UHGV virus genome: UHGV-1358930
DNA length: 64,000 bases
From: a virus
Strand: one strand, 5' to 3'
Numbering within the stretch: position 1 is the stretch's first letter; each line of letters starts with the position of its first letter. The notes under the pieces were generated by a model. It was not told where the DNA came from, searched no databases, and saw nothing but the letters and a program-made list of their open reading frames with translations. A program made the position numbers and the translations under genes. Positions 9,937-19,580 of the stretch are shown here, in pieces.

Positions 9937-10311
9937 ATGGTTATTTACAGCAAGCGTTCTACTAAGGCAATCAAGGCAGACGATGAACTTGATGTAGAAG
10001 ACGAACTTCCAGAAGTCGAAGATACCGATGTCGAGGTTTCTCCTGAAGCTACCGAGCTTCTTTTTGAAACCGAAGATGTTGCTCAGCTACTCGCAGAAGT
10101 AACTCAGCAGCCAGTAGATGTTGATACTGCTGACGACGGTGAGTCTGTAGAATTCACTGTTGGAAAAGATGTTTACACGGTGGAATCTGAGGGCAACGAA
10201 GAAGTTCTTGAGTCTGTCAGAAAACCCTTCAAGCGTAAGAAAGCAATCAAGTCTTCCAGACAGATGAGCAAAAATATCAAGAAGCCTGTTAGACAGATCA
10301 GAAGAAAGTAA
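9937..10311 (+). CDS. Hypothetical protein with an acidic N-terminus and a basic C-terminus.
   Basis: AAGGAGG ribosome-binding site. The N-terminus is D/E-rich and the C-terminus is K/R-rich, and a long hairpin follows the gene. Confidence 0.4.
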   Translation: MVIYSKRSTKAIKADDELDVEDELPEVEDTDVEVSPEATELLFETEDVAQLLAEVTQQPVDVDTADDGESVEFTVGKDVYTVESEGNEEVLESVRKPFKRKKAIKSSRQMSKNIKKPVRQIRRK

Positions 10312-10397
10312 TATAAGTTTCATATTCACCCTCACTGGCAGGTAGCGTTGTTAAATACGATTCTACCTGCCAATATATTTATATGGAGGTAAGTACA

Positions 10398-11468
10398 TTG
10401 GAGAAAGAATATGTGCAGAGCGGGTTGATTACAAATCTGCTCAAATCTCTGCCTAAATTCATTGGCAAAGGGATTGAACAAGTCTCTAAGATGGGCGTAA
10501 ACGTAACTGAATCAAAACCTGTCGATGGCAACTATGAAAATGGTGTTATTTTCGTTGCAACCGGCGGCAAGGGTCATATCATCAAGTGCAAAGTTGTGCC
10601 TGTACCCGAACTAAACGGTAGATTCAATTTTTACATCAAGTCCAAAGATGGTCATCAAGCTAGCTGGCCGTCTATCAAGGAAGATCAAATGGACGACAAG
10701 ATCACTGAATTTTTTGATAAATTCTACGACGAAAGCTTTGAAGACGCAGAAGATAACAAAGATGACTTCAATATGGATGAGTTTTCAAAAGAAGACGAAT
10801 CCAAGAAAGAAAGTCCTGAAGCACCTCCAGAAGAACAAGATATGAATTCTAGTAAGAAGTTATATGTTACTCTGTCTAAGGTAACTGCAGGCTCTAAGAT
10901 TTCCGCTAAGGTGCACAGAGTATATGCTAACTACGGCGCTGTTCCGGCAATGGCTGACATGACGTGCTTGCTGAACGATACAGATTTTGTGAATTCACTC
11001 ACAGAGGAACCTCAGTCATTCTGTGTAGAATCTTGTCCAGAAGAATTGACTACAGAGGAAGTAGACAGTGTAGAACCGCATGATCCAATGGATTGTGTTG
11101 TTCAGCAGCTGTATGTAAGCATTCTGAATCTACAATATTTAGGTATGGTATATTGTACCCCTAACATGTCTAATTTCTACGATGGATTCAACATAGCTTA
11201 TGATGTAATGTATAGCGTCAGAAGAATGATTTCAATATTTGTAGCATCTGGATGGAAGCCAAAGAGCCCAATCTCTTTAGTTCAGCTAGGCGAATGTGTT
11301 TCCATCTTAAGCACAGACGCCGATTCTATTCAGGCAGATGTCAAATCATGTTTAGAGAACATTGTTTGTACATTGTCTTTGTATCGCCCAGAGTTTTCAC
11401 CGGACATTCAAACCGTATTTGATGAGCTTGTAGCACAAATCAAATGCTCTTATTTGTGCGTGATGTAA
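10398..11468 (+). CDS. Hypothetical protein.
   Basis: A TTG start is preceded by GGAGG. The ORF-track start at 10383 falls inside the ribosome-binding site. Confidence 0.35.
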   Translation: MEKEYVQSGLITNLLKSLPKFIGKGIEQVSKMGVNVTESKPVDGNYENGVIFVATGGKGHIIKCKVVPVPELNGRFNFYIKSKDGHQASWPSIKEDQMDDKITEFFDKFYDESFEDAEDNKDDFNMDEFSKEDESKKESPEAPPEEQDMNSSKKLYVTLSKVTAGSKISAKVHRVYANYGAVPAMADMTCLLNDTDFVNSLTEEPQSFCVESCPEELTTEEVDSVEPHDPMDCVVQQLYVSILNLQYLGMVYCTPNMSNFYDGFNIAYDVMYSVRRMISIFVASGWKPKSPISLVQLGECVSILSTDADSIQADVKSCLENIVCTLSLYRPEFSPDIQTVFDELVAQIKCSYLCVM

Positions 11469-11528
11469 TATTTTAAGGATCGTTAATTGTATCTGTAAAT
11501 ACATCAATATAAACATGGAGGATGTATA

Positions 11529-12020
11529 ATGAAAGATACAATCGGTTTTATCACGTATCCTGAATCTTCGCACGAAATATCCGATGTAGATAGACTTCAA
11601 ACATATATAACTAGCGGTCAAGGCGTAATTACTTTAGAGAATCCAGAAACGGGTGTTCATAAAACTTACGCCTTCAATGACCCTAGACACAAGGATAGAT
11701 TCACAGACGGTACAATCTTTATATATTATCATTCATCTTCTGGATATTGGCTATATGTAGGAATGCTCAGATATGGAAATATACGAGTAACTAAAGCGTC
11801 TAATTTCTATTCTGATAATCCGGTGTACCTTGGGGCAAAATACATAGTAGACGTAGCAAACAATCGTCGCAGAAACACAAAGATGAAAATATATCATTGT
11901 GGTATGTGCTGTGTATGCGGACGAAAATTGACCTCCCCCAGATCAATACTAGAAGGTATCGGACCTAGATGTAAGCGTAACAAGCAAAAGTTAGCTGACA
12001 TCCAGGACGTGAGATCGTGA
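11529..12020 (+). CDS. Hypothetical protein with a C-terminal zinc-ribbon-like CxxC cluster.
   Basis: GGAGG ribosome-binding site. The C-terminus carries CGMCCVCGRKL...GIGPRC. Confidence 0.35.
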   Translation: MKDTIGFITYPESSHEISDVDRLQTYITSGQGVITLENPETGVHKTYAFNDPRHKDRFTDGTIFIYYHSSSGYWLYVGMLRYGNIRVTKASNFYSDNPVYLGAKYIVDVANNRRRNTKMKIYHCGMCCVCGRKLTSPRSILEGIGPRCKRNKQKLADIQDVRS

Positions 12021-12463
12021 GTATTCGAGACAATCAGAAATTCGATGTAATATGTAAAGAATGTGGGAACAACGTATTTGAGGCTGTAAAACTAATTTCA
12101 AGTTGTGCTGATTATATATCTAAATCTACCTTTCATAAGGTTGATGAATCAGATGCAATAGAATGGATAATGAATAGAAAATATCCGAAATTTGAAGATC
12201 TTTTATCTTATCCGCAGTCTAAACAACATCTGATAGATACGTATATATCTATATATACCGAATTAGTTGACGACGCTCAAGTTACAGCAAGTGTAAAACT
12301 CTCTATTTATTCTAGCTACAGAAGCCGTAAATTGAAGTTTATTTATGCTTTTGTGTCAGATGACTATAGAAGAAGTAGAGTGAGAATACTAACCCGAATG
12401 ATTTGGTACGCATTATATCCAGTACCTAAAAGAACACAAGGAGGCATAGATGATGGAACCTGA
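12017..12463 (+). CDS. Hypothetical protein.
   Basis: The ORF overlaps the upstream stop by 4 nt, consistent with translational coupling. Confidence 0.35.
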   Translation: MSIRDNQKFDVICKECGNNVFEAVKLISSCADYISKSTFHKVDESDAIEWIMNRKYPKFEDLLSYPQSKQHLIDTYISIYTELVDDAQVTASVKLSIYSSYRSRKLKFIYAFVSDDYRRSRVRILTRMIWYALYPVPKRTQGGIDDGT

Positions 12464-12941
12464 AGTAAATTTGAACGAATCCGCAGAAAAGACAGAAGTG
12501 AAAGAACGAAAGAAACCTGGACCTAAGCCGAAACGTAAACTTGATGACGCAGCGGTCGAGACAACAAAGGTTGAGACAACAGAAAAGCCAGAGATTGAGA
12601 CAGTAGAGAAAGCCGATCTTAATGTAGATACAGCTGAACCCGTTGTAGAATCCTCTGTAGAAGTTGTCAATGAACCTGAAACAAACGAAGGTGAAGTTGC
12701 TGATAATCAGGCAGACGAGCCTAATGAACATCTACCCGTAGGATCTATCATTGCAACACATGGTAGGGCTATCGTCATACATAAGTATGCTAATTTGTCT
12801 GATATCGGCATTCGGCACTCTGGCGTTGTTCGAGTTGTTGAGAATAACAATGGCGTATGCTGGGTTAGATATATGGTAAGCGGATTTGGCCCATGTATGG
12901 GTTATATTCACGAAGATAAATTAAACAAATACATGAAGTAA
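12450..12941 (+). CDS. Hypothetical protein with a charged low-complexity N-terminus and a small globular C-terminus.
   Basis: AAGGAGG ribosome-binding site. The N-terminus is a K/E/T/V-rich repeat region. Confidence 0.35.
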   Translation: MMEPEVNLNESAEKTEVKERKKPGPKPKRKLDDAAVETTKVETTEKPEIETVEKADLNVDTAEPVVESSVEVVNEPETNEGEVADNQADEPNEHLPVGSIIATHGRAIVIHKYANLSDIGIRHSGVVRVVENNNGVCWVRYMVSGFGPCMGYIHEDKLNKYMK

Positions 12942-12956
12942 AGGAGTAGTTAATCA

Positions 12957-13091
12957 TGCCAGAAACAAACGTAATTGACCAGATTCATCCTGAAGAAACT
13001 GCACCTGTTATCGAAGATGCATCTCAGATTTCTGAAGAAACAATTCAGGAATTTACTGGTGGTAAAGGTGAAGAGAAGGAGGCTGAATAAT
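12957..13091 (+). CDS. Small acidic protein of 45 aa.
   Basis: An AAAGGAG ribosome-binding site precedes a short ORF that fills the gap in front of the endolysin. Confidence 0.3.
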
Positions 13092-13092
13092 C

Positions 13093-14325
13093 ATGCCTAA
13101 GTACACTAACAGCAGTCTTGTTAATCATACGCATATCAGCCCCATGCAGAACCCAAGAGTAAACAGCTACTACAATCCAACAGGTAAGATTGATAGAATC
13201 ACTATTCACCATATGGCTGGTAACCTTTCTGTAGAAACATGCGGAAATGTTTTCCAGTCTCGTGAAGCTTCATCAAACTACGGCATCGGTTCTGATGGCA
13301 GAGTAGGTCTATATGTTGAAGAATCTGGAAGATCTTGGGCATCTGGTAGTCCTGAAAACGACTACAGAGCTGTAACAATTGAGGTTGCTAACTGTCAGAA
13401 TTCTGATCCGTGGCCAGTATCAAACGCAGCTTATGAAAAGCTCATTCTTCTCTGCGCAGATATTTGCAAACGAAACGGTATCAAGAAGCTCAACTATACG
13501 GGCGATACTTCAGGAAATCTAACAATGCACTGCTGGTTCCAGGCAACAGGTTGCCCGGGTCCTTATCTGAAAGCTAGATTCAAGGACATTGCAAATCGAG
13601 TGAACGCACTGCTCGGCCAGTCTGATCCGACTCCAGCACCTACACCCTCACACTCTGGAAAGATCAAAGTTGGTGATGTAGTCAATTTCCTAGGCGGTAA
13701 TCATTACTACAGCACCGATGCATCTTCTCCAGCATCTACAGGTCTTAGAGCAGGTAAGGCAAAGGTAACTGTTATCGCAAGCGGTAAACATCCATATCAT
13801 CTGATTCATACAGATGGTTCTACTTCTGTATACGGTTGGGTAGACGCTTCTCAGATCAAAGAAGCACAGTCCTCTAAACCAGCAACTAAGGAATATAAAG
13901 TCGGTGATGTGGTCAAGTTTAAGGGCGGCAATCATTATTCCAGTGCTAACGCAACTTCACCTGCTTCTACGGGTCTACCTGCAGGTCCGGCAAAAATCAC
14001 CGTTAAAGCTTCTGGCGCGCATCCCTATCATCTGGTCCATACAAACTCCGCCACCTCAGTATATGGTTGGGTAAACGCAAACCAGATCGAAGGCGCTGCT
14101 ACGCCGTCTCAGCCTAGTAAGCCTGAAACATTCAAAAAGGGAGACAAGGTTAAGCTCAAATCATCTACTACAAGATGGGTGACGGGCGAGACAATTCCTT
14201 CTTGGGTGAAGAATAGTCAGCTTTATATTTGCAACTGGAGTGATAATAACCCGTGTGTAACTATCAACTCCAATCTGTCTGGAATCACCGGTGTAGTAAA
14301 GCAGTCTGATATCTACCACAACTAA
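13093..14325 (+). CDS. Endolysin: N-acetylmuramoyl-L-alanine amidase (Amidase_2 / peptidoglycan-recognition-protein-like) followed by two repeated cell-wall-binding modules.
   Basis: Amidase_2-like motifs (ITIHHMAGN...SNYGIGSDGRV...CPGPY) occur in the N-terminal domain. Two ~70 aa direct repeats (KVGDVV.F.GGNHY.S..A.SPASTGL.AG.AK.TV.ASG.HPYHL.HT...TSVYGWV.A.QI) follow. Confidence 0.7.
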   Translation: MPKYTNSSLVNHTHISPMQNPRVNSYYNPTGKIDRITIHHMAGNLSVETCGNVFQSREASSNYGIGSDGRVGLYVEESGRSWASGSPENDYRAVTIEVANCQNSDPWPVSNAAYEKLILLCADICKRNGIKKLNYTGDTSGNLTMHCWFQATGCPGPYLKARFKDIANRVNALLGQSDPTPAPTPSHSGKIKVGDVVNFLGGNHYYSTDASSPASTGLRAGKAKVTVIASGKHPYHLIHTDGSTSVYGWVDASQIKEAQSSKPATKEYKVGDVVKFKGGNHYSSANATSPASTGLPAGPAKITVKASGAHPYHLVHTNSATSVYGWVNANQIEGAATPSQPSKPETFKKGDKVKLKSSTTRWVTGETIPSWVKNSQLYICNWSDNNPCVTINSNLSGITGVVKQSDIYHN

Positions 14326-14364
14326 TCTAGAGTACAAGTCATTCCATTCTTTATATCTGTACCA

Positions 14365-14400
14365 AGGAGAGTCTCAATAGAGGCTCTCCTACTTTTATTA
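14365..14400. terminator. Rho-independent terminator.
   Basis: A stem aggagag/ctctcct is followed by a T-rich tail. Confidence 0.55.
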
Positions 14401-14480
14401 TCAATTGATTTGAATCGTTAATATTTACGTAGATATATCAATATAAAATATTATTTTATTTACATATGTCGGAGGTAAAG

Positions 14481-14954
14481 ATGAAATTTCAGATTGTTAA
14501 TCCAGCAGGCGCATACGTTATGGTTACAGAACATTTCGAATGTTTATATGACAAAGAGACAATATCCGATATGAATTCTGCAGGATACAAATTTCGCATA
14601 GATGGTAAACTTGTTCCCGTTTCTAAATTTAAAGAATACTTATCAGGGAATTCAATCAGTGATACTTCTAGAACTGATGATTTAGATAGTAAGCAGGAAT
14701 CAGATAAGTCCATTGAAACGAAGAATAACTTGAAATCTTCATTTTTTCATACCTCCGATAGTACTTCTAAGATCATATCATCTTCAATAACTCATAAATT
14801 TAAGATGAAAGTAAGATGTATTGATACCGGGGAAATATTCAATAAACAGTCAGAAGCAGCTAAAAAATACGGAATTGACCCTGCAGCAGTCTCGGATAGT
14901 TTAAAAACAGGTAGAAAACGAGCTGGATATACATTCGAGTGGGTAGGAGATTAA
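14481..14954 (+). CDS. Protein carrying only the C-terminal DNA-binding domain typical of phage HNH homing endonucleases; an orphan or remnant.
   Basis: The C-terminal ~45 aa (VRCIDTGEIFNKQSEAAKKYGIDPAAVSDSLKTGRKRAGYTFEWV) match the C-termini of the HNH genes at 43154 and 43656. No nuclease motif is present. Confidence 0.45.
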   Translation: MKFQIVNPAGAYVMVTEHFECLYDKETISDMNSAGYKFRIDGKLVPVSKFKEYLSGNSISDTSRTDDLDSKQESDKSIETKNNLKSSFFHTSDSTSKIISSSITHKFKMKVRCIDTGEIFNKQSEAAKKYGIDPAAVSDSLKTGRKRAGYTFEWVGD

Positions 14955-14957
14955 CAG

Positions 14958-17672
14958 ATGAACAGAATACAGATAAATCAGAATGGAAACTACTACGAGA
15001 TAAAATTTAAATATGATCCAACTTTAGTTGCTATGATAAAGCAGATTCCTGGAAAGGAATGGAATCCGGGTGAAAAGCTTTGGAGAATTCATAAAGATAA
15101 GTTAGGAATGCTGCTGAATATGCTCAAGGGTTCTAAGTACGCAGATGCTTATGAATTACAGAGTAATGAGCAGATAGGTGAAAATGCAGAAATTGAACCT
15201 ACTACGACTATCCCGAATGTTGATTTAACTGGAATCAAGTTATTTGTCGAAGATGGCAGTAAGCTGTATCCACATCAGTTAGATTTTATGAAATATGCGA
15301 TTGATCGTCAGCGCAAAGGATACAGAAGCGGGTTTCTTTGCGCAGACGATCCCGGTTGCATCGACGGAGATGCAACAATTCGTATCAAAGAATCTGGAAA
15401 GCCGTGGACGCGTGAGACCAAATTGTCTAACGTGTACAAGTTGTTCTCAGATGGGCATGTATTCAAAGTCAAATGTATGGTTAATGACAGATTTCAATAT
15501 ATGCCAATCAAATATGTATTAGATAGAGGAAATAGATCTGTTGTTAAGGTTACGTTTGAATCCGGATACATTATCTGTACACCTGATCATGAAATATATA
15601 CAGAAAATGGATGGGTTCCTGCAGAAAGCTTGTCTACTGGAGATACAATATTTACAAATGGTGATCCTGAAAGATGTATAAACTGTGGAAGTACAGAAAA
15701 CATCATTCAGTCATCTGACGCAACCTACAAAGGATACTGCAGAAGATGCATGTATAAATTTAGAAAGTGCGGCGTGCTTGACGATGATGTAGTTGTAAAG
15801 ACCGTTGATGAAGATGGATATGTTAGATTGAAGGGTAGACCTACAAGACTATGGCCTTTGCATGACAAATCAAATGGAATGGGAATATATGAGCATCATC
15901 AGGTTTGGTATGAACACACTGGGCATATTATAGACACTAAAACTGAAGCGATTCATCACATCAATCATATCAAGACTGATAATCGATTTGAGAATTTGAA
16001 GTTATTGTCTATTTCCGAGCATGCTAAACTCCATGCTGACATGTCTACAAATCATTTGCCACAGTTTCAAGATCGAGACTTTTATTACTGCCATGGAGTA
16101 AAGACTTGGTGTGTTCCTCATTCTGAAGCCGTCTTATCTGTGGAGCCTTTTGGAACAAAACATGTATATGACATAGTAATAGATAGCGAAGATATCCATA
16201 ATTTTATTGCAAACAATGTAGTTGTACATAACTGCGGTAAGACTTTAGAGAGTATTAACTATGCAATGTACAATAAGCTATATAACAGATACAAACATTG
16301 TTTAGTCATCTGTAACGTCAATACTTCGAAGTATAACTGGCAAGATGATATCAGGAAGCATACCAATGGAAAAATGAGTGGATATATTTTAGGATCTAGA
16401 AAACGGAAACATCCGAAGCCTGGGCAAGCTATTTATATCGTAGGAAGTAGCCAAAACAAATTAGATGATCTATTGTGCGGACATATGTATGGAGATGATA
16501 CTGAACCCGAATTACCCTATTTTATCATCTTAAATGTAGAAGCTATCAGAATGAAAGTAGGAAAACGATACCCTATCGCAGATAAAATCATCGACATGAT
16601 AAATGATGGCGAACTTAATATGATTATCATTGATGAGGTACATAAAAATATGTCACCCACATCCTTACAAGGCAAGCAGATACTTAGGATAAAAGACAAA
16701 ACTCATAGTAGATGTACATGGATATCGTTAACAGGTACTCCTATCGTCAATAAACCTACAGATGTTTTCTTACCTATGCGATTGATAGATGCACACAATT
16801 TTACTAGTTACTACAAATGGTGTCAGTATTTCTGCGTATATGGAGGATACGGTGGGCATGAAGTAATTGCGTATCGAAATATTCCTAGGCTTAAATTTAT
16901 GTTACAGCAAAATATGATTCGTCGGAGAAAAGAAGATGTTTTGAATCTACCTGATAAGATTCATATGGATGTATACGTAGAAAACACTAAATACCAGTCC
17001 AGACTTGCTGAAGAAGTTACAATGGACTTGATTGCACACGCAGAAGAAATTGCAAATGATTTGAACCCTATGGTCAGATTCTTACGACTTCGTCAGGTTA
17101 ATGGATCTCCAGAATTAGTTGATCATGATCTTCGAGTAGATAACACTTATTTGAAATACAACGCAAAGTTAGTCAAGTTGTTAGAATTACTTGAGGAGAT
17201 TCACGAAAGAGGAGAGAAGACAGTTATCTTCTCCAACTGGGTCGAGCCACTTCGTACACTATTCAAATTCTTATCTTCAAAATATAAAGTATGCTGCTTT
17301 ACAGGTACAATGTCTGAATCAGAAAGACAAAAGCATAAGCGTGTGTTTATGAACAATCCTGAATACACTGTTATGATAGGCACTATTGGTGCACTTGGAA
17401 CTACTCATACATTAACTGCCGCAAACAATATCATATTTTATGACGAGCCCTGGACATACGCAGATAAATTACAAGCAGAAGATAGATGCCATCGAATTTC
17501 GGCAAAAAAGTCCGTTAATGTATATACACTTATTTCTAAAGATACAATTGACGAACGAGTACATGATATAGTGTATAGCAAGAAAGACACATCGGATTAT
17601 TTAGTTGACAACAAGCTTGACTTCAAAAACAATCCAAATCTAGTTGCTACACTACTAGGTAAAGACATCTGA
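14958..17672 (+). CDS. SNF2-family (SF2) helicase precursor containing an intein.
   Basis: The split motif I (LYPHQ...CADDPG|CGKT), the DEVH box (IIIDEVH) and C-terminal helicase motifs (AEDRCHRI) are all present. Residues 134-425 interrupt the P-loop. Confidence 0.65.
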   Translation: MNRIQINQNGNYYEIKFKYDPTLVAMIKQIPGKEWNPGEKLWRIHKDKLGMLLNMLKGSKYADAYELQSNEQIGENAEIEPTTTIPNVDLTGIKLFVEDGSKLYPHQLDFMKYAIDRQRKGYRSGFLCADDPGCIDGDATIRIKESGKPWTRETKLSNVYKLFSDGHVFKVKCMVNDRFQYMPIKYVLDRGNRSVVKVTFESGYIICTPDHEIYTENGWVPAESLSTGDTIFTNGDPERCINCGSTENIIQSSDATYKGYCRRCMYKFRKCGVLDDDVVVKTVDEDGYVRLKGRPTRLWPLHDKSNGMGIYEHHQVWYEHTGHIIDTKTEAIHHINHIKTDNRFENLKLLSISEHAKLHADMSTNHLPQFQDRDFYYCHGVKTWCVPHSEAVLSVEPFGTKHVYDIVIDSEDIHNFIANNVVVHNCGKTLESINYAMYNKLYNRYKHCLVICNVNTSKYNWQDDIRKHTNGKMSGYILGSRKRKHPKPGQAIYIVGSSQNKLDDLLCGHMYGDDTEPELPYFIILNVEAIRMKVGKRYPIADKIIDMINDGELNMIIIDEVHKNMSPTSLQGKQILRIKDKTHSRCTWISLTGTPIVNKPTDVFLPMRLIDAHNFTSYYKWCQYFCVYGGYGGHEVIAYRNIPRLKFMLQQNMIRRRKEDVLNLPDKIHMDVYVENTKYQSRLAEEVTMDLIAHAEEIANDLNPMVRFLRLRQVNGSPELVDHDLRVDNTYLKYNAKLVKLLELLEEIHERGEKTVIFSNWVEPLRTLFKFLSSKYKVCCFTGTMSESERQKHKRVFMNNPEYTVMIGTIGALGTTHTLTAANNIIFYDEPWTYADKLQAEDRCHRISAKKSVNVYTLISKDTIDERVHDIVYSKKDTSDYLVDNKLDFKNNPNLVATLLGKDI
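15357..16232 (+). other. Intein of 292 aa containing an HNH_3-type homing endonuclease and a zinc finger, inserted in the helicase Walker A loop.
   Basis: The insert starts at Cys (G|CIDGDATI) and contains block B (TPDHEIYT). Its HNH motif is HHINHIKTDNRFENLKLLSISEHAKLH. It ends VVVHN followed by the extein Cys (CGKT). Confidence 0.6.
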
Positions 17673-17682
17673 GGAGGACAAC

Positions 17683-18483
17683 ATGAGCAATACTAAACTT
17701 ACTAATCTAGAACTTGCGTCTGACGAATTAAGATTAGCTACAGACATTATTAACAAACATAATTTGAAACAATCAGAACTTAAATCGGCATTAGACACAA
17801 CTCTGCGTGATATCGTGAATAACAGTGATCTTAGTTTTGGTACGGTTAATTGTACTTATGAGGTCAGCCCAGATATGAATTGGATCTATTTTTATATGGG
17901 GTTGATCACACTCAAAATCATACCGAATGTTTGGCTAGATGACAACGTCAGATGTGAACTTCTGTACTCTGTCAATCAGTGCCTAGCTCTGCCGATTGCT
18001 GAAGATCTGACAAATTGCAATATCTTGATAGAGCTTGTGAGCAATTCTGATATTTCTGAGGTTATTTTGGCTTACAAACAATGTGTGAATGATCCAGAAT
18101 ATTTAGATGCGCTGAACAACATTGACCGACTTAATAAATCGTACCTGGACGATGCTCGAAAGTCTGAATTTGATCGAGTTAGCTACACAGTTGATCGTCA
18201 CACGGGTATTGGAGTATTTGTCAGTAAGAATTCTAGCAAACTAGCTGGATATGCGTTTATTCTGTATAGGAACTCAAAGGATGTTTGCTACAAATTTGTC
18301 CCTATTCAGATGATCAAAAACATCTTGAATATACATACTCAATCTGAGCTCAAAACTATTCAATCTATACTTGAAAATATTAGAGTATCAACCTTAGGTA
18401 TAAACGAGTTCATTGAAACTATCTATTTAAAGAATGAACGAGCTAAGCTGTATACACTTCCGGATGATCTAAGTATAGATTGA
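17683..18483 (+). CDS. Hypothetical protein.
   Basis: GAGGAGG ribosome-binding site before a 266 aa ORF. Confidence 0.4.
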   Translation: MSNTKLTNLELASDELRLATDIINKHNLKQSELKSALDTTLRDIVNNSDLSFGTVNCTYEVSPDMNWIYFYMGLITLKIIPNVWLDDNVRCELLYSVNQCLALPIAEDLTNCNILIELVSNSDISEVILAYKQCVNDPEYLDALNNIDRLNKSYLDDARKSEFDRVSYTVDRHTGIGVFVSKNSSKLAGYAFILYRNSKDVCYKFVPIQMIKNILNIHTQSELKTIQSILENIRVSTLGINEFIETIYLKNERAKLYTLPDDLSID

Positions 18484-18495
18484 GGTGAGAGTAAA

Positions 18496-18729
18496 TTGAA
18501 GAAACGTTATAGATACATAACAACCGCAGAATCGACAGAAGCTTCTGAACTTGTACAAGACAAACTCAAAAGTATTAAAGATGATTTTGACTACATTGTT
18601 GACGGCGTAGACAAGCTATCTAGACAGGGTCAAGAAACTAAAGACACACTTGCTATTTTAGACAGTCTAGAATCCAGTTTGTCCGAAATTACTGCAGAAA
18701 TTGCAAAATATATTGTGGAGGCACTATAA
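18496..18729 (+). CDS. Hypothetical small protein with a coiled coil.
   Basis: A TTG start follows GAGGTGAG. Confidence 0.3.
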   Translation: MKKRYRYITTAESTEASELVQDKLKSIKDDFDYIVDGVDKLSRQGQETKDTLAILDSLESSLSEITAEIAKYIVEAL

Positions 18730-18732
18730 CAT

Positions 18733-19536
18733 ATGAAAATTACATGTAACAGACGAGACGATATTCTGAAACGCAAACAGGAATACGAATCAGATCGAGC
18801 AAAGCGTCAGGCTAAGTATGATGAAGAGTATAAAGCTTGGAGAGACGAAGAACGCGGTCGCGGACAGTTTCTAGAGAAAGCAGTTATTCGTGCTATTGGC
18901 AGCACCTCTCTAGATCTTACAATAGATGTAGGTATGCGCTTTGGAACCGGTTATAGAATTCGTGTTTCTGATGAAGACAACAAGTTTGATGAAGATAAAG
19001 CTCTCTCGTGGACATGGGAGGTTTCTTTGGACAATAACGGAGACGTCAAGAAAGAATCGTCATCTTGGTCTGGTATGAAAGCAGTTACAGCCAATAACAT
19101 AAACAATCTGAAAGAAATTGTAAGAGTATTAGAGATTTTGAACAATATTGATTTTAAGACGATGCTCAATCGTGTTACTCCTCCGAATCCTGAAGACTAT
19201 ATTACCGGACCTAGTCCTAAGTATGAAACAGCTCCTGATTTTGATAAGGAACTCATGGAGGCTGATGTTGAAGATTGTATTGGCACCCGAAAAGGCATTC
19301 TAGGGACTTACAGCAAAATATATCGTGGAGATGTTTATCATTTCATTCAGAGAGAAACTCCAGCTAGTTATACAGTATGGGACATTCCGGCATACTATGT
19401 AGAAAATCATGACGGATCTCTATCTGATTTGTATGAAACATATTATGCTAAGCGTGATAGTTATACTTACACTATAAGAAAGAACACATTCTTTGAAACA
19501 ATTGAACAGAATGTTACGATTGTAGATTTTAGTTGA
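18733..19536 (+). CDS. Hypothetical protein.
   Basis: A GGAGG ribosome-binding site is present. Confidence 0.4.
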   Translation: MKITCNRRDDILKRKQEYESDRAKRQAKYDEEYKAWRDEERGRGQFLEKAVIRAIGSTSLDLTIDVGMRFGTGYRIRVSDEDNKFDEDKALSWTWEVSLDNNGDVKKESSSWSGMKAVTANNINNLKEIVRVLEILNNIDFKTMLNRVTPPNPEDYITGPSPKYETAPDFDKELMEADVEDCIGTRKGILGTYSKIYRGDVYHFIQRETPASYTVWDIPAYYVENHDGSLSDLYETYYAKRDSYTYTIRKNTFFETIEQNVTIVDFS

Positions 19537-19580
19537 GATAACTCATATAAACGATATTGTTAGTAAGGTGGTTAAGTAAT

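Noticed and set aside
10319-10376. A 10 bp perfect hairpin (tggcaggtag...ctacctgcca) after gene 9937-10311 as a rho-independent terminator.
   Set aside because: The tail is AT-rich but not a clean U-run. It is probably a weak terminator or RNA stability element and is not listed as a feature.
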